From the NCBI GenBank assembly GCA_049515295.1, contig JBEKUF010000003.1, forward strand, positions 1 through 56,662: DNA of 56,662 bases, in the 5' to 3' direction. Both the position numbers and the translations under genes were made by a program. The notes under the pieces were generated by a model. That model saw only the letters and a list, made by a program, of their open reading frames with translations. It did not search any database and had not been told where the DNA came from. This document shows, in pieces, positions 1 to 9,587 of the stretch. Positions within the stretch are counted from its first letter, which is position 1, and every line of letters starts with the position of its first letter. Source of the stretch: Verrucomicrobiia bacterium (lineage in GTDB: Bacteria > Verrucomicrobiota > Verrucomicrobiia > Palsa-1439).

Positions 1-380
1 CCCACCACCAGCGCGCCCGTCAGCACCGACATCAGGCAAATGCGATAGGCGGGATTACCGAACGGCACAAAATGTCGCCATACCCACCCGAGAAACGCCC
101 ACAGGGGATACCCTGGCGGATGCGGCACGCCGAAATTGAACGCGCCCGTGACCAACTCGCCCGAGTCTTCCAAGGTCACTTCGGGCGACATGAAGTGGAG
201 AAAAGCCAAACCCGCAACCAGGAATGTGACTGCGGCTGCAACCCAATCTTCGGGTGTAAAGAAATGGCGCAAGGCTTGCGGTGGTTCCGGTGCGACTGCT
301 GGTTGCGGTGCAACCGCGACCGCAATAGGAGCGACAGCGCGAGCGGTTGAATTCGTCGGCCTACGGTTTTTTTTACCCAT
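1..380 (-). CDS. DUF2723-type (PMT/TMEM260-like) polytopic membrane glycosyltransferase-family protein, N-terminal part; gene continues past the left edge
   Basis: Absent from the ORF track because it is open at the window edge. Manual translation from ATG (complement of 378-380): MGKKNRRPTNSTARAV...FMSPEVTLEDSGELVTGAFNFGVPHPPGYPLWAFLGWVWRHF. DSGE-x9-G-x-HPPGYPL is the signature I associate with DUF2723 proteins. Confidence 0.55.
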   Translation of the reverse strand, partial: MGKKNRRPTNSTARAVAPIAVAVAPQPAVAPEPPQALRHFFTPEDWVAAAVTFLVAGLAFLHFMSPEVTLEDSGELVTGAFNFGVPHPPGYPLWAFLGWVWRHFVPFGNPAYRICLMSVLTGALVV

Positions 381-412
381 AATAGTGGCTCGTCAGTATC
401 ACAATTGAGGCG

Positions 413-805
413 TTAGCGTCGGATTTGAATATTCGTCAGTATGGATGGGGAGCGCAACACGGCAACTGTGTTTCTACCCATCGGGTAAGCCGCTGCGAGT
501 TTGGTCTCCCACGAAGTCGACGACGGTAGGAGCGCGGTACCACCAATCAGCGCTATCGTGTCTCCGCGAGACGTCGCCCGTGATGACCGGGGAAGCCAGT
601 TCCATCCCACCACCAGCGCCAGGGACAATGCGCCGGCCAGCGCGACCTGAAAACCAGAGTGGTGACCGAACAGCCAAGACATTGACCTGGATTGCGTTAC
701 CGGTCGATCCATCTCATGCTGAATGCGCCGCCGCGCCGGCGACGGCAGCGGCGACGGCCGGAGAGTATTGAGTTGATCCTCCAACACCTCGAATGGTGTC
801 CTCAT
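413..805 (-). CDS. putative anti-sigma factor (single-pass membrane protein) paired with the upstream ECF sigma
   Basis: 130-aa ORF whose start overlaps the sigma gene stop by 4 nt. One hydrophobic segment (GFQVALAGALSLALVVGWNW). Called by position only. Confidence 0.4.
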   Translation of the reverse strand: MRTPFEVLEDQLNTLRPSPLPSPARRRIQHEMDRPVTQSRSMSWLFGHHSGFQVALAGALSLALVVGWNWLPRSSRATSRGDTIALIGGTALLPSSTSWETKLAAAYPMGRNTVAVLRSPSILTNIQIRR

Positions 806-1371
806 GGTGTGCCTTCTTTCGCGAGTAGTTGCCGCAATGCGGCGAGCGCCAACCGATAGCGGGAGGCGACCGTGTTCGGCGATTCGTCCGTCACGGTGGC
901 AATTTGCTGGAATGTCAGTTCACCCCAGACCTTCAACGTGAGGACCTCCCGCTGCTCAACGGACAAACGGTGGATCGCCGCTTCCAACCGGGCGCGCTCC
1001 TCAGCCTGTTCCAGAGACGATTCGAACAACGGCGGTTGGCCGTACAGAGACTCCCCCGCGGTGACCTCGCGCCGGTGTCGACGGGCCGCTTGTCGCTGGC
1101 GGTCGAGCACCGTATAGCGCACGGCCGCGTAGCAAAGGGCCGGCAAATCCGGTTCGGTAACGCCGTTGTTGGCGTGTTTGCGCCAGACGCGGAGGAACGC
1201 TTCCTGCACCACGTCCGCGGCGTCGGCGTCGTTGCGGCACAACTGCCGGGCGTACAAAAACAAGCCGTCCCCACACCGGTGGAGCATCCGATGCCACATG
1301 GTTCGTTCTGTTGCGTCGTCGGTCACGCTGCTGAGGCTTTGCCAAAGACTAATCGTCGCCGAATGCGTCAT
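802..1371 (-). CDS. ECF-type RNA polymerase sigma-70 family factor
   Basis: Region 2 (DAADVVQEAFLRVWRK) and region 4 HTH (LSVEQREVLTLKVWGELTFQQIATVTDESPNTVASRYRLALAALRQLL). Confidence 0.85.
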   Translation of the reverse strand: MTHSATISLWQSLSSVTDDATERTMWHRMLHRCGDGLFLYARQLCRNDADAADVVQEAFLRVWRKHANNGVTEPDLPALCYAAVRYTVLDRQRQAARRHRREVTAGESLYGQPPLFESSLEQAEERARLEAAIHRLSVEQREVLTLKVWGELTFQQIATVTDESPNTVASRYRLALAALRQLLAKEGTP

Positions 1372-1426
1372 TTGTCACCGCCGGCGCGATTGATCCAAAG
1401 GCGTTTCGGGTTGTGGAACGGGGTTG

Positions 1427-1918
1427 TCACAGGGATTCCTGGTTTTCCACCTGCTCCAGACAGCGCATCGCCTGCAGGTTTTTCACATAGGCCTCGAGCC
1501 GTTCTTCCTCGTCCAGTATGTTGCGCACCCGCAAAATCGAGCGCACCCGCACCATCAACTCCAGCGCGTGGATCGGCTTCGCGAGAAAATCGTCCGCGCC
1601 GGCAATGATGCTTTCCTCCAGCGCCCGTTTGGCGTCCACCGCGGACACCACAATCACGCGGATATCGCGGGTGCGCGGGTCCGCACGCAACTGTCGGCAC
1701 ACCTCGATACCCGAAAGCTCCGGCATCATGATGTCCAGCAGGACGAGGTGTGGCTGCTTCGCCACGGCCAGTTCCAACGCCTCAGTGCCGTCGGCCGCCG
1801 CCAACACTTCGTGACCCAGCTCGCTCAACAGAGCGGTCTCGTATTCACGAATCGCCGGTTCGTCATCGACGATCAGGATTCTCGCCCGCGTTGGCGCCTC
1901 GTTCATGTCGTTTCTCAT
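1427..1918 (-). CDS. stand-alone response-regulator receiver domain protein (CheY-like)
   Basis: ARILIVDDEP...HLVLLDIMMPELSG...IRVIVVSAVD...DDFLAKP receiver signature. No output domain. Confidence 0.85.
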   Translation of the reverse strand: MRNDMNEAPTRARILIVDDEPAIREYETALLSELGHEVLAAADGTEALELAVAKQPHLVLLDIMMPELSGIEVCRQLRADPRTRDIRVIVVSAVDAKRALEESIIAGADDFLAKPIHALELMVRVRSILRVRNILDEEERLEAYVKNLQAMRCLEQVENQESL

Positions 1919-1924
1919 GCCACC

Positions 1925-3487
1925 CTAATGACGGAAGTGTCGGATGCCCGTGAAGACCATTGCCAGGTCGCGCTTGTCTGCCGCCGCAATCACTTCGGCG
2001 TCGCGCACGCTGCCGCCAGGCTGAATCACCGCCGTCGCGCCTGCTTCGGCCGCGGCGATCACGCCATCGGCAAACGGGAAAAAGGCGTCGCTGGCCACCG
2101 CGCTGCCGCGGAGATCAAGCCCGGCTTCTTTGGCTTTCCATACGGCTATTTTCGACGAATCCACACGGCTCATTTGACCCGCCCCAATACCGAGCGTTCG
2201 ACTGGTTCGACCATCGGCACGCGCAAACACGATCGCATTGGATTTCACGTGCTTGACCACGCGCCACGCGAACAGGATCGCGTGCCGCTCTTCCTGCGTC
2301 GGATGCCGTTTGGTAACGATCTTCATATCCGCCGCGGAAACCAGCCGTGTATCACGTTCTTGCGCCAACAACCCGCCGGTGACCGAACGCAACGTCAAAC
2401 CGTCGGCGGTCGGCAGCAAATTCTTCATGAGGCGCAGGTTTTTCTTTCGTTGCAAAATGGCGAGCGCCCCGGCTTCAAAATCCGGAGCCACGATCACCTC
2501 ACTGAAGATCTCAGCAATCGCCCCGGCGATCGCTGCATCCAGGGAGCGGTTGACGGCGATGATCCCGCCGAACGGCGCTTGTTTGTCCGTTTCGTACGCC
2601 AGATGCCAGGCGTCGAGCAATGTCGCGGCGCTTCCCACTCCGCAAGGATTGGTGTGCTTGACAATGGCGACCGTGGGCTCGTCAAACTCGGCCACCAACT
2701 CGGCGGCGGCCGTCAGGTCGAGTATGTTGTTGTAGGAAAGCTCCTTGCCGTGGAGCTGACGGAAGTGCTCAAAGAACCCGCCGTACAACGCCGCCGCCTG
2801 ATGCGGGTTCTCGCCGTAACGCAGGTCCTGCGCTTTTCTCAGCGAGAGGCTCAGCGTTTCCGGTAGCGGCGCCACCGTTTCGGCCTTCGTCTTCATCCGT
2901 TCGGCGTGGAGATACTGGGCGATGGCTGCGTCGTATCGCGACGTGGTTTCAAAAACCTTCACCGCGAGCTTCCAACGAAACTTTTCGCAGGTGTTGCCGC
3001 CGTGTTCCTTGATGTCGTGGAGCACCGCGGCGTAATCGGACGGGTCAACGACCACGGTGACGCTGGCGTGGTTTTTTGCGGCGCTGCGCAACAGGCTCGG
3101 CCCGCCAATGTCGATGTTCTCGATGGCCTCGTGCAAGGAGACATCCGGGTTGGCGACAGTCTTCTCGAATGGATACAGATTCACAATCACCAAATCAATG
3201 GGCTTGATCCCGTGCCTGGCCGCTTGCGCCTCGTGGTCCGGATTTCCACGAAGATACAGCAACCCACCGTGCACTTTCGGGTGCAGCGTCTTGAGGCGTC
3301 CATCCAGCATTTCGGGGAAGCCGGTAAACTCGCCAATTTCGACCACGGGAATCCCTGCGTCCTTCAGGGAACGCGCCGTGCCGCCCGTGGAGACGATCTC
3401 AATCCCCAGCGCGTGCAATTCTTTTGCGAAATCGACCAGCCCCGTCTTGTCCGAAACACTTATCAGGGCCCGTTGAATCTTGGCCAT
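1925..3487 (-). CDS. purH: bifunctional AICAR transformylase / IMP cyclohydrolase
   Basis: 520 aa. N-terminus [75 protein letters not shown] is the canonical MGS-like IMPCH domain; C-terminal AICARFT domain is full length. Confidence 0.95.
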   Translation of the reverse strand: MAKIQRALISVSDKTGLVDFAKELHALGIEIVSTGGTARSLKDAGIPVVEIGEFTGFPEMLDGRLKTLHPKVHGGLLYLRGNPDHEAQAARHGIKPIDLVIVNLYPFEKTVANPDVSLHEAIENIDIGGPSLLRSAAKNHASVTVVVDPSDYAAVLHDIKEHGGNTCEKFRWKLAVKVFETTSRYDAAIAQYLHAERMKTKAETVAPLPETLSLSLRKAQDLRYGENPHQAAALYGGFFEHFRQLHGKELSYNNILDLTAAAELVAEFDEPTVAIVKHTNPCGVGSAATLLDAWHLAYETDKQAPFGGIIAVNRSLDAAIAGAIAEIFSEVIVAPDFEAGALAILQRKKNLRLMKNLLPTADGLTLRSVTGGLLAQERDTRLVSAADMKIVTKRHPTQEERHAILFAWRVVKHVKSNAIVFARADGRTSRTLGIGAGQMSRVDSSKIAVWKAKEAGLDLRGSAVASDAFFPFADGVIAAAEAGATAVIQPGGSVRDAEVIAAADKRDLAMVFTGIRHFRH

Positions 3488-3521
3488 AACCAGCCAAGGG
3501 TAGCGGATGCGCGGTCGAGCT

Positions 3522-3980
3522 TCAATCGAATTTCAACTCAGGGGATTCGGCCCGGACAAGCTCCCAAATGGAGTCATTTTTGCGAAAATAGAGGCGAAAT
3601 CGGTCTTCTCGAGCCTCGCTGTCGGACAGGCTGCCGCGGGCTTTGGCGATGATCTTGGCAATGAATACGGCCTGGGCTTTTTGGTGGTCGGAATCGACGG
3701 TCACGGTCAGGTCACTAATATGGATGAAGATCGGGTCATACTGTGCCCGGTAGGAATGCACCGTGCCGAGCAGGGTAGATTTGTCCAAGCCCCAACTGTC
3801 GCTGTAATCGCTGGCCAATGCGTTCGACAATTTCACGATGTCGCCCTTTTCCACCGCGCTGGCCATGGTGGAAATCTGGCGCTGGATGCGCATTTCATCC
3901 GTCACGAAGAGCCATTGCCAGGCCCGCCAGAGCGCGAAGACGACCATTGCGGCCACGGCAATTCGCAGCACCCATTTCAT
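3522..3980 (-). CDS. hypothetical N-terminally membrane-anchored protein
   Basis: I take [18 protein letters not shown] (ATG at 3980) as the start; it overlaps the lepB stop as ATGA. One TM helix followed by a soluble ~130-aa domain. No recognised motif. Confidence 0.5.
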   Translation of the reverse strand: MKWVLRIAVAAMVVFALWRAWQWLFVTDEMRIQRQISTMASAVEKGDIVKLSNALASDYSDSWGLDKSTLLGTVHSYRAQYDPIFIHISDLTVTVDSDHQKAQAVFIAKIIAKARGSLSDSEAREDRFRLYFRKNDSIWELVRAESPELKFD

Positions 3981-4456
3981 CGTTTCCACCTCCAATGACC
4001 GATCATCCACGCTTGCACGAGCCGCGTGGCCACAAGCCCTTGAACGTAGTCCTCACGTTCGAGGTCGCGGTTGTCACCGCACACAAACACTTTGCCCGCA
4101 GGCACTGCTATCGATTCCATCTGCCAGCCGGGGTTGGCCTTGGTGTACGGCTCGGGAAGCGGTTTGCCGTTAATCATGAACACACCGTGGTTGATCGAGA
4201 CGGTTTCGCCGGGTACGGCAATCACGCGTTTCACAAAATAGAGCGGCGGATCGTCCGCCGTCCGGAAGACCACGACATCGCCTCGGCGTGGTTGGTAGTG
4301 TCGCACCCGTCGCATCAGGCAGAAATCCCATGATTTCAACGCGGGCGACATGCTGTCGCCGATGACCACGTACGGCGTGACGACAAATTTTACCACAAGG
4401 AACACGCCCAAAACGACGATCCCGCCCCAGACAACTGATTTGACGCGGCGTTTCAC
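3977..4456 (-). CDS. lepB: signal peptidase I (S26 family)
   Basis: N-terminal TM helix, catalytic Ser box GDSMSPAL, later boxes RGDVVVF and GDNRDLEREDY. GTG start overlaps the purM stop. Confidence 0.85.
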   Translation of the reverse strand: MKRRVKSVVWGGIVVLGVFLVVKFVVTPYVVIGDSMSPALKSWDFCLMRRVRHYQPRRGDVVVFRTADDPPLYFVKRVIAVPGETVSINHGVFMINGKPLPEPYTKANPGWQMESIAVPAGKVFVCGDNRDLEREDYVQGLVATRLVQAWMIGHWRWKR

Positions 4457-5514
4457 TCGATGACGACCGTGGGCTTGCCTTTACGGATTTCGCCGATGAC
4501 GAAAGATTTCACGCCCTGGCGCGTGGCGACTTTCTGCACGGCGGGAACGGATTGGGGATCGACGATGAGCACCATGCCGATACCCATGTTGAACACGCGG
4601 TGCATTTCCTCGTCGGTTACGCCGCCGGCTTCCTGCAACAGTTTGAAGATCGGCAGGACATCCCACGAGCCACTGCGGATGACGGCCATGCAATTATTCG
4701 GCAACACCCGCGGGATATTGTCGTAGAACCCGCCGCCGGTGATGTGGGCAGCGCCATGGATCGGGGTTCGGGGTTCACGGTTCGCGGTTCGGAGTTGTTG
4801 GATGACCGGCCAATAGTTGCGGTGGACCTTAAGAAGTTCTTCGGCGAACGTGCAGCCGAGCGCGCCATGATAGTCATCGAGCCGCACGCGCATCTGAGCA
4901 AAGAGAATCTGCCGCGCCAGGGAATAGCCGTTGGTGTGCAGCCCGGTGCTGGCCAGACCGACGATCGCGTCGCCGGGGCGGATGCGCGCGCCGTCGATGA
5001 TCTGGTCGCGTTCGACCACGCCGACGATGGTACTGACCAGATCGTAATCGCCGGCGGCGTACAGGTCGGGCATCTGTGCGGTTTCGCCGCCGATGAGGGC
5101 GCAGCCCGCGTCCGCGCAGGCTTTTGCGAGACCGTGGATGAGCTGGCCGAACACGCGGGGTTCCAGTTTGCCCATGCCGATGTAATCGAGGAAGAACAGG
5201 GGTTCGGCGCCGAGCACGGCGATATCGTTCACGCAATGACTCACGAGGTCCTGGCCGACCGTATCGTGTTTGTTGAGCGCGACGGCGATTTTGAGTTTTG
5301 TGCCGACGCCGTCCATGCTGCTGACCAGCACGGGCTGCTGGTACTTCTTCGTGTCGAGCGCGAAGAGGCCGCCGAATCCGCCAATCGACCCTAAAACTTC
5401 CGGGCGTCGCGTCTTGCGGACTTTCTGTTTAAGTCCGGCCTTCAGCGTGTCGGCGAGATGGATGTTTACGCCCGCGCCAGCATACGCGTTCTCGGTTGAC
5501 CTGTGGGAACTCAC
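4453..5514 (-). CDS. purM: phosphoribosylformylglycinamidine cyclo-ligase (AIR synthetase)
   Basis: YAGAGVNIH..., GGFGGLF, DGVGTK, HITGGGFYDNIPRVLP motifs. The track ORF extends to 5604, but homology starts near ENAYAGAGV, so I prefer the GTG at 5514. Start is uncertain. Confidence 0.9.
   Translation of the reverse strand: MSSHRSTENAYAGAGVNIHLADTLKAGLKQKVRKTRRPEVLGSIGGFGGLFALDTKKYQQPVLVSSMDGVGTKLKIAVALNKHDTVGQDLVSHCVNDIAVLGAEPLFFLDYIGMGKLEPRVFGQLIHGLAKACADAGCALIGGETAQMPDLYAAGDYDLVSTIVGVVERDQIIDGARIRPGDAIVGLASTGLHTNGYSLARQILFAQMRVRLDDYHGALGCTFAEELLKVHRNYWPVIQQLRTANREPRTPIHGAAHITGGGFYDNIPRVLPNNCMAVIRSGSWDVLPIFKLLQEAGGVTDEEMHRVFNMGIGMVLIVDPQSVPAVQKVATRQGVKSFVIGEIRKGKPTVVIE
4763..4792. repeat. 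intragenic heptamer array (GGGGTTC GGGGTTC ACGGTTC GCGGTTC) inside purM
   Basis: Read directly. Encodes the RTANREPRTP stretch just before the conserved HITGGG box, where the E. coli and B. subtilis PurM sequences I remember are several residues shorter. Confidence 0.6.
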
Positions 5515-5690
5515 GCCGTGTAATTTGTGGGAAGATAATAGAAATTGCAAGGGTGCCTGACGGCCGGAGTTGGCGGGGCACACGGGCAACGTGGTCATGC
5601 ACACGCAACTGCTGCGGTTGACGTGGGGAGGGAGAAGCCGGAAGTTTTTCCTGTGGATACGAAGGGGCCAGTTTGGTATGACTTTCGGCG

Positions 5691-6449
5691 ATGCCGCAAC
5701 AAGTTACATGGAAGCAACTCGTTGCCGACGCTCTGCGGGAACTTGGCGGCGCGGCTTCTCTCAAGGAAATTACGGCGAAACTGAAGAACGATCCTCGGCG
5801 CCCAGACACCGCGACGTGGGACGCGACAATTCGCCGGGTGGTCCGCCAATACAATATCTTTGAGCCGTTGAAAACGGCGAAGGGTGAAGCTGGCTACCGG
5901 TTGGTACAAATGCCGATCCCTTCTACGTCACCCGATAAACACGACGATCCGCACGGCGAGCAACAAGGAATGTTGTTGGAACTTGGACGACTGTGCGGGT
6001 ACGAAACCTTTACCAACGCGACAGACAAGACTATTCGTCAATTTCGCGGGGTGTCGCTTGCGAATTTTGCAACGGTCAGAGATACAAATGAGCTGCTCGC
6101 CCTGCCGCTGGAGAAAATACGGAATACGGACGTAATGTGGATGGCCGAAGATTCTGAGGGTCTCTATCCACGCTACGCTTTCGAGGTCGAGCACAGCACA
6201 AAGGTAAAGGATGGCCTCTTACGTTTGCTGAAAATCCCCGAGCGCTTTAACGTGGGTCTGTACGTCATCGGCCCGGGGGATGAAGAAGCGGTGTTATTTG
6301 ACCGTTATATGCGTGACGCGCCATTTAGACAGCACACGCAACGTTTTCACTTTTTCCGTTATGCAGATGTGAATGCGTTTTATCAAAGCGGCGTCAGTTT
6401 CGATCAACACCGGGAGAGTTGGCACATCCAACTCACGGGTCTTCATTAG
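5691..6449 (+). CDS. hypothetical protein: Mrr_N/HARE-like winged helix N-domain plus possible PD-(D/E)xK nuclease-like C-domain
   Basis: The N-terminus (WKQLVADALRELGGAASLKEITAKLKND...IRRVVRQY) resembles restriction-system wHTH domains. The C-half has NTDVMWMAED...YAFEVEHSTKVKDG, a D...ExE..K arrangement. The functional call is inference. Confidence 0.5.
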   Translation: MPQQVTWKQLVADALRELGGAASLKEITAKLKNDPRRPDTATWDATIRRVVRQYNIFEPLKTAKGEAGYRLVQMPIPSTSPDKHDDPHGEQQGMLLELGRLCGYETFTNATDKTIRQFRGVSLANFATVRDTNELLALPLEKIRNTDVMWMAEDSEGLYPRYAFEVEHSTKVKDGLLRLLKIPERFNVGLYVIGPGDEEAVLFDRYMRDAPFRQHTQRFHFFRYADVNAFYQSGVSFDQHRESWHIQLTGLH

Positions 6450-6489
6450 GTTGTCAGCGCCCAAGTTGTCGCCGTGGCAATAGACGCGG

Positions 6490-6702
6490 TCATCGATCAG
6501 TCGCTCGTCCATAAAGTCGGCGTGTCTCGGGAGTCAGGGATTTCACGCTGCCTGTGGACTGCAGCATCGGCACGTATTTCTCGGCGGGCGTGCATTCGAT
6601 ATCGTCCCAGTCGATAACAACGACGCGAACATCGCCCCTGTTCGCCGCGACGTTCTGTACCACTCCGCCGTGCACCTCAATGATCACATTTGTCATGGGC
6701 AC
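6490..6702 (-). CDS. small hypothetical protein (70 aa)
   Basis: The ORF (MPMTNVIIEVHGGVVQNVAANRGDVRVVVIDWDDIECTPAEKY...) is convergent with the previous gene. Beta-strand-like pattern, no known motif. Confidence 0.35.
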   Translation of the reverse strand: MPMTNVIIEVHGGVVQNVAANRGDVRVVVIDWDDIECTPAEKYVPMLQSTGSVKSLTPETRRLYGRATDR

Positions 6703-6796
6703 GCTTATACCCGAATGATGACTGTTTATCTACAGACTAGAAGTAGCATCCGGTTTTGGGGGTAGTGGTGCGTGGGCAGTGAAATGAGGCCTGCTC

Positions 6797-7097
6797 GGAA
6801 ACGACAGAGATCCTTCGACCCTTCGACTGCGCTCAGGGCAGGCAAGCTCAGGATGACAACCTTTGGCGGAAGGGTAAACCAGGCTATCGGTAAGTGATAT
6901 TTTTTGCTGGACGGGGTGGGGCATTCGTGGTAGGGTCGCCACAGGTCGTTCTTTGACATAAGGGACAAAGGGGCAGATCGGCGTTCCAAGAGGGGCCCCC
7001 CCTCCAAAAAAAGTGAAAATTGTAAAACGAACCCAAGTTTATCCAAGCCGGCGTGGAAATTCCCAAAAAACAAAGCCAAAAACGAACCCAAATTCGG
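6797..7097 (-). repeat. composite intergenic repeat, copy A (inverted relative to copy B at 27449-27833)
   Basis: Hand alignment. Module 1 (7024-7097) and module 2 (6797-6964) match the reverse complement of 27449-27522 and 27667-27833 with only scattered mismatches. The central parts differ. Confidence 0.8.
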
Positions 7098-7171
7098 CGT
7101 CAGACCGGGTGCCGGGAAGACGTATTTGGGGCAAGGGAACGGCCTTAGCGAAGGGTGCGGCTGACAAAATT

Positions 7172-8677
7172 TCACAACAACCGGCGCTGGGTGTCGTTGT
7201 GCACGAGGTCGGAGACGGGGCGGTGGGAGCGGGCGCGGCGCTGTTCCATGACGAACTTGTCCATTTCGGATTCGACGGGGGACGGATAATGGCCGGTGTA
7301 ACAGGCGGTGCAGAATTCGTTCGGGCGCAGGCCGGTGGCGGCGATCATGCCATCGAGCGTGAGATAGCCGATGGAATCGGCGCCGAGGAACTCGCGGATT
7401 TGCTCGAGCGAATTGTTGGCGGCCATCAGTTCCTTGCGGGTGGGGAAATCGATGCCGTAGGCGCACGGCCATTTATGCGGCGGGCAACTGACGCGCATGT
7501 GGACCTCTTTTGCGCCCGCCTCGCGCAGGGTGATGACACGGGCCCGGGCGGTCGTGCCGCGCACGATGGAGTCGTCGACCACGACGACGCGTTTGCCCGC
7601 GACCATTTCCCCGATGAGATTGAGTTTCACGCGGACGCCGAAATCGCGGATGAGCTGGCTCGGCTGGAGGAACGTGCGGCCGACGTAATGGTTGCGGACG
7701 AAGGCATTGCCAAAGGCGATCCCGCTTTGCTCGGCGAATCCCAGGGCGGCCCAGTTGCCGCTGTCCGGCACGGGGATGACAAGGTCGGCTTTGACCGGAT
7801 GCTCGCGGGCGAGTTGGCGGCCAAGGTTGATGCGGACCTGGGCGACGTTTTTGTGGTAGAGATCGCTGTCGGGCCGGGCGAAATATACAAATTCGAAAAT
7901 ACAGAAGGCGCGGGGTTGCTGCGTGTCGGCCCAAGGGTTGACGGAACGGAGACCGTCCTTGTTGATGACGACGATCTCGCCCGGCATGATGTCGCGGACG
8001 TATTCGGCATGGATCAGATCCAGGGCACAGGTTTCGCTGGCCAACACCCAGGCCGCGGCGTCGGCGCGGCCATGCTCGTTCGGAACGGGCAACCGTCCCA
8101 GCACCAGGGGACGGAAGCCGAACGGGTCGCGGATGCCGATGAGTTCGTCCTCGCCCAGGACGACCAGCGAATACGCGCCCTGGAGCCTGCGCATGACCGC
8201 TTCGAGCGAGTGGGCGCGGTCTTCGTCGGTGGGGCGGGCGAGCAGGTGCAGAATGATCTCGCTGTCGGCGGTCGTCTGAAAGATCGAGCCGAGTTCTTCG
8301 AGTTCGGCGCGGAGGCGGGCGGCGTTGGTGAGATTGCCGTTGTGGGCGATGGCGATCTGGCCACAGGCGCAGTCCACGACAAGCGGCTGGGCGTTCTTGA
8401 TGTGGGAACTACCGGTGGTCGAGTAACGGACGTGACCGATGGCGAGATGACCGGGCAGCGAGCGGAGGATGTTCTTGTCGAATACCTGATCGACGAGTCC
8501 CATGCCCTTGAAGGTGCGCAGGTCGACGCCGTCCGAGGCGGTGATGCCGGCGCTTTCCTGGCCGCGATGCTGCAACGCGTACAGCCCGTAATACGTCAGC
8601 TCTGCCGCATTCGGGTGCCCGTAAATTCCAAACAAGCCACAATAATGCCGTGGCCGCGCGCTGTGTTCCGGGTTCAT
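7172..8677 (-). CDS. purF: amidophosphoribosyltransferase
   Basis: Ntn-type catalytic Cys context (HYCGLFGIYGHP...LQHRGQESAGI) and PRTase motif (VVVVDDSIVRGTT). The start MNPEHSARPRHYC gives a 12-aa propeptide; the track ORF extends to 8710. Confidence 0.93.
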   Translation of the reverse strand: MNPEHSARPRHYCGLFGIYGHPNAAELTYYGLYALQHRGQESAGITASDGVDLRTFKGMGLVDQVFDKNILRSLPGHLAIGHVRYSTTGSSHIKNAQPLVVDCACGQIAIAHNGNLTNAARLRAELEELGSIFQTTADSEIILHLLARPTDEDRAHSLEAVMRRLQGAYSLVVLGEDELIGIRDPFGFRPLVLGRLPVPNEHGRADAAAWVLASETCALDLIHAEYVRDIMPGEIVVINKDGLRSVNPWADTQQPRAFCIFEFVYFARPDSDLYHKNVAQVRINLGRQLAREHPVKADLVIPVPDSGNWAALGFAEQSGIAFGNAFVRNHYVGRTFLQPSQLIRDFGVRVKLNLIGEMVAGKRVVVVDDSIVRGTTARARVITLREAGAKEVHMRVSCPPHKWPCAYGIDFPTRKELMAANNSLEQIREFLGADSIGYLTLDGMIAATGLRPNEFCTACYTGHYPSPVESEMDKFVMEQRRARSHRPVSDLVHNDTQRRLL

Positions 8678-8837
8678 TGCTCGGTTGACTCGCTTCGACG
8701 TGCTCCACAATGTCGAACGGACCGCCTCCGACGGAATCCATTAGCCCAACCGATGGCAAATAGCAAGGGGCAACGCCCCGCTGGGGAGGATTATTTTGGT
8801 TGATGGAATGACAGCGCTTGCGGAACGGACCGGCAGC

Positions 8838-9338
8838 CTACGTCGAGGCGGTCGCAGAAGCATTCGCTGCCTGATCGCCGTCGAGAACTTGTTCCAGCGT
8901 CTTCAACAGGTCAGCGTTACTAAACGGCTTGGGAATGAACCGTTCGACCCCTTCGCGGAAATCGGAAGGCAATTCGTCGGAATTCACGCCCGAGACCGCC
9001 ACTACTTTTGCGTTCGGATTCAGCTTGCGCAGGAACTGGAGCGTCTCCGCGCCGTTGAAGCGGGGCATGTTGAAATCGAGCAGCACCGCGCCGATGTCAT
9101 CTCCTGCATAGCGCGCCATGTCGAGTCCCTTCGGACCGGTGCTGGAGGCGAGCACATTGTAGCCTTCGCCACCAAGCACCGCGCGCATGGTGTCCAGAAA
9201 ATTCGGATCGTCATCAATGATCAGAATGGTGGTTTTCGGTTCGGCGGTGTCGACGGAGTGTTTCGTCCGCGGCCTCAGCTCGATCGACTGCGAGCCACTC
9301 TTCCCGAACAATGCAACGGCGGCGCCAAAAATGCCCAT
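8838..9338 (-). CDS. stand-alone response-regulator receiver domain protein
   Basis: TTILIIDDDPNF...AVLLDFNMPRFNG...KVVAVSG...RFIPKPF. ATG at 9338 is preceded by GAGAGGAAAA. The longer track ORF upstream looks non-coding. Confidence 0.8.
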   Translation of the reverse strand: MGIFGAAVALFGKSGSQSIELRPRTKHSVDTAEPKTTILIIDDDPNFLDTMRAVLGGEGYNVLASSTGPKGLDMARYAGDDIGAVLLDFNMPRFNGAETLQFLRKLNPNAKVVAVSGVNSDELPSDFREGVERFIPKPFSNADLLKTLEQVLDGDQAANASATAST

Positions 9339-9587
9339 ATGTTTTCCTCTCACTCTTACTGCGCGACTTCCGCGGTGCTTGATGCACCACGCCTCGGGAT
9401 AACGCAGGGTTTGTGCCAAAGAAGTGGGGGAGACCAAACAAAGAGAGTCCCTGCAGGCGGCGTGTGATATGACCGATAAGTTGTCCATGCAACGGCTTGG
9501 GAACAAGACGCTTAGGTCGACACTTCTGAGTGGTAGCGGAGGCTCTGAAGAGTGAGGAAACGCGAAATTCTCGCCGGGCAGTCCGAA

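Noticed and set aside
1424-2866. Long ORFs antisense to confirmed genes: 1424..2866(+), 7013..8803(+), 11740..13323(+), 15364..16524(-), 17446..19374(-), 31966..33696(+), 34264..35433(+), 36080..37132(-), 38469..40208(-), 46278..47876(+), 52792..53913(-), 9552..11267(+), 20725..21615(-)
   Set aside because: These are typical high-GC shadow ORFs. Their composition is Arg/Gly/Ala/His-rich and low-complexity. Each lies opposite a gene with unambiguous homology-type motifs.
3488-3521. ZTP (pfl) riboswitch upstream of purH
   Set aside because: The gap to the upstream gene is only 34 nt, too short for the motif.
6726-7472. 248-aa minus-strand ORF spanning the repeat and the purF 3' end; likewise 27016..27651(+), 27087..27662(-), 27752..28222(-), 30518..30814(-)
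   Set aside because: These are Arg/Pro-rich translations of REP-like repeats. They overlap purF or each other, and no domain signal is present.
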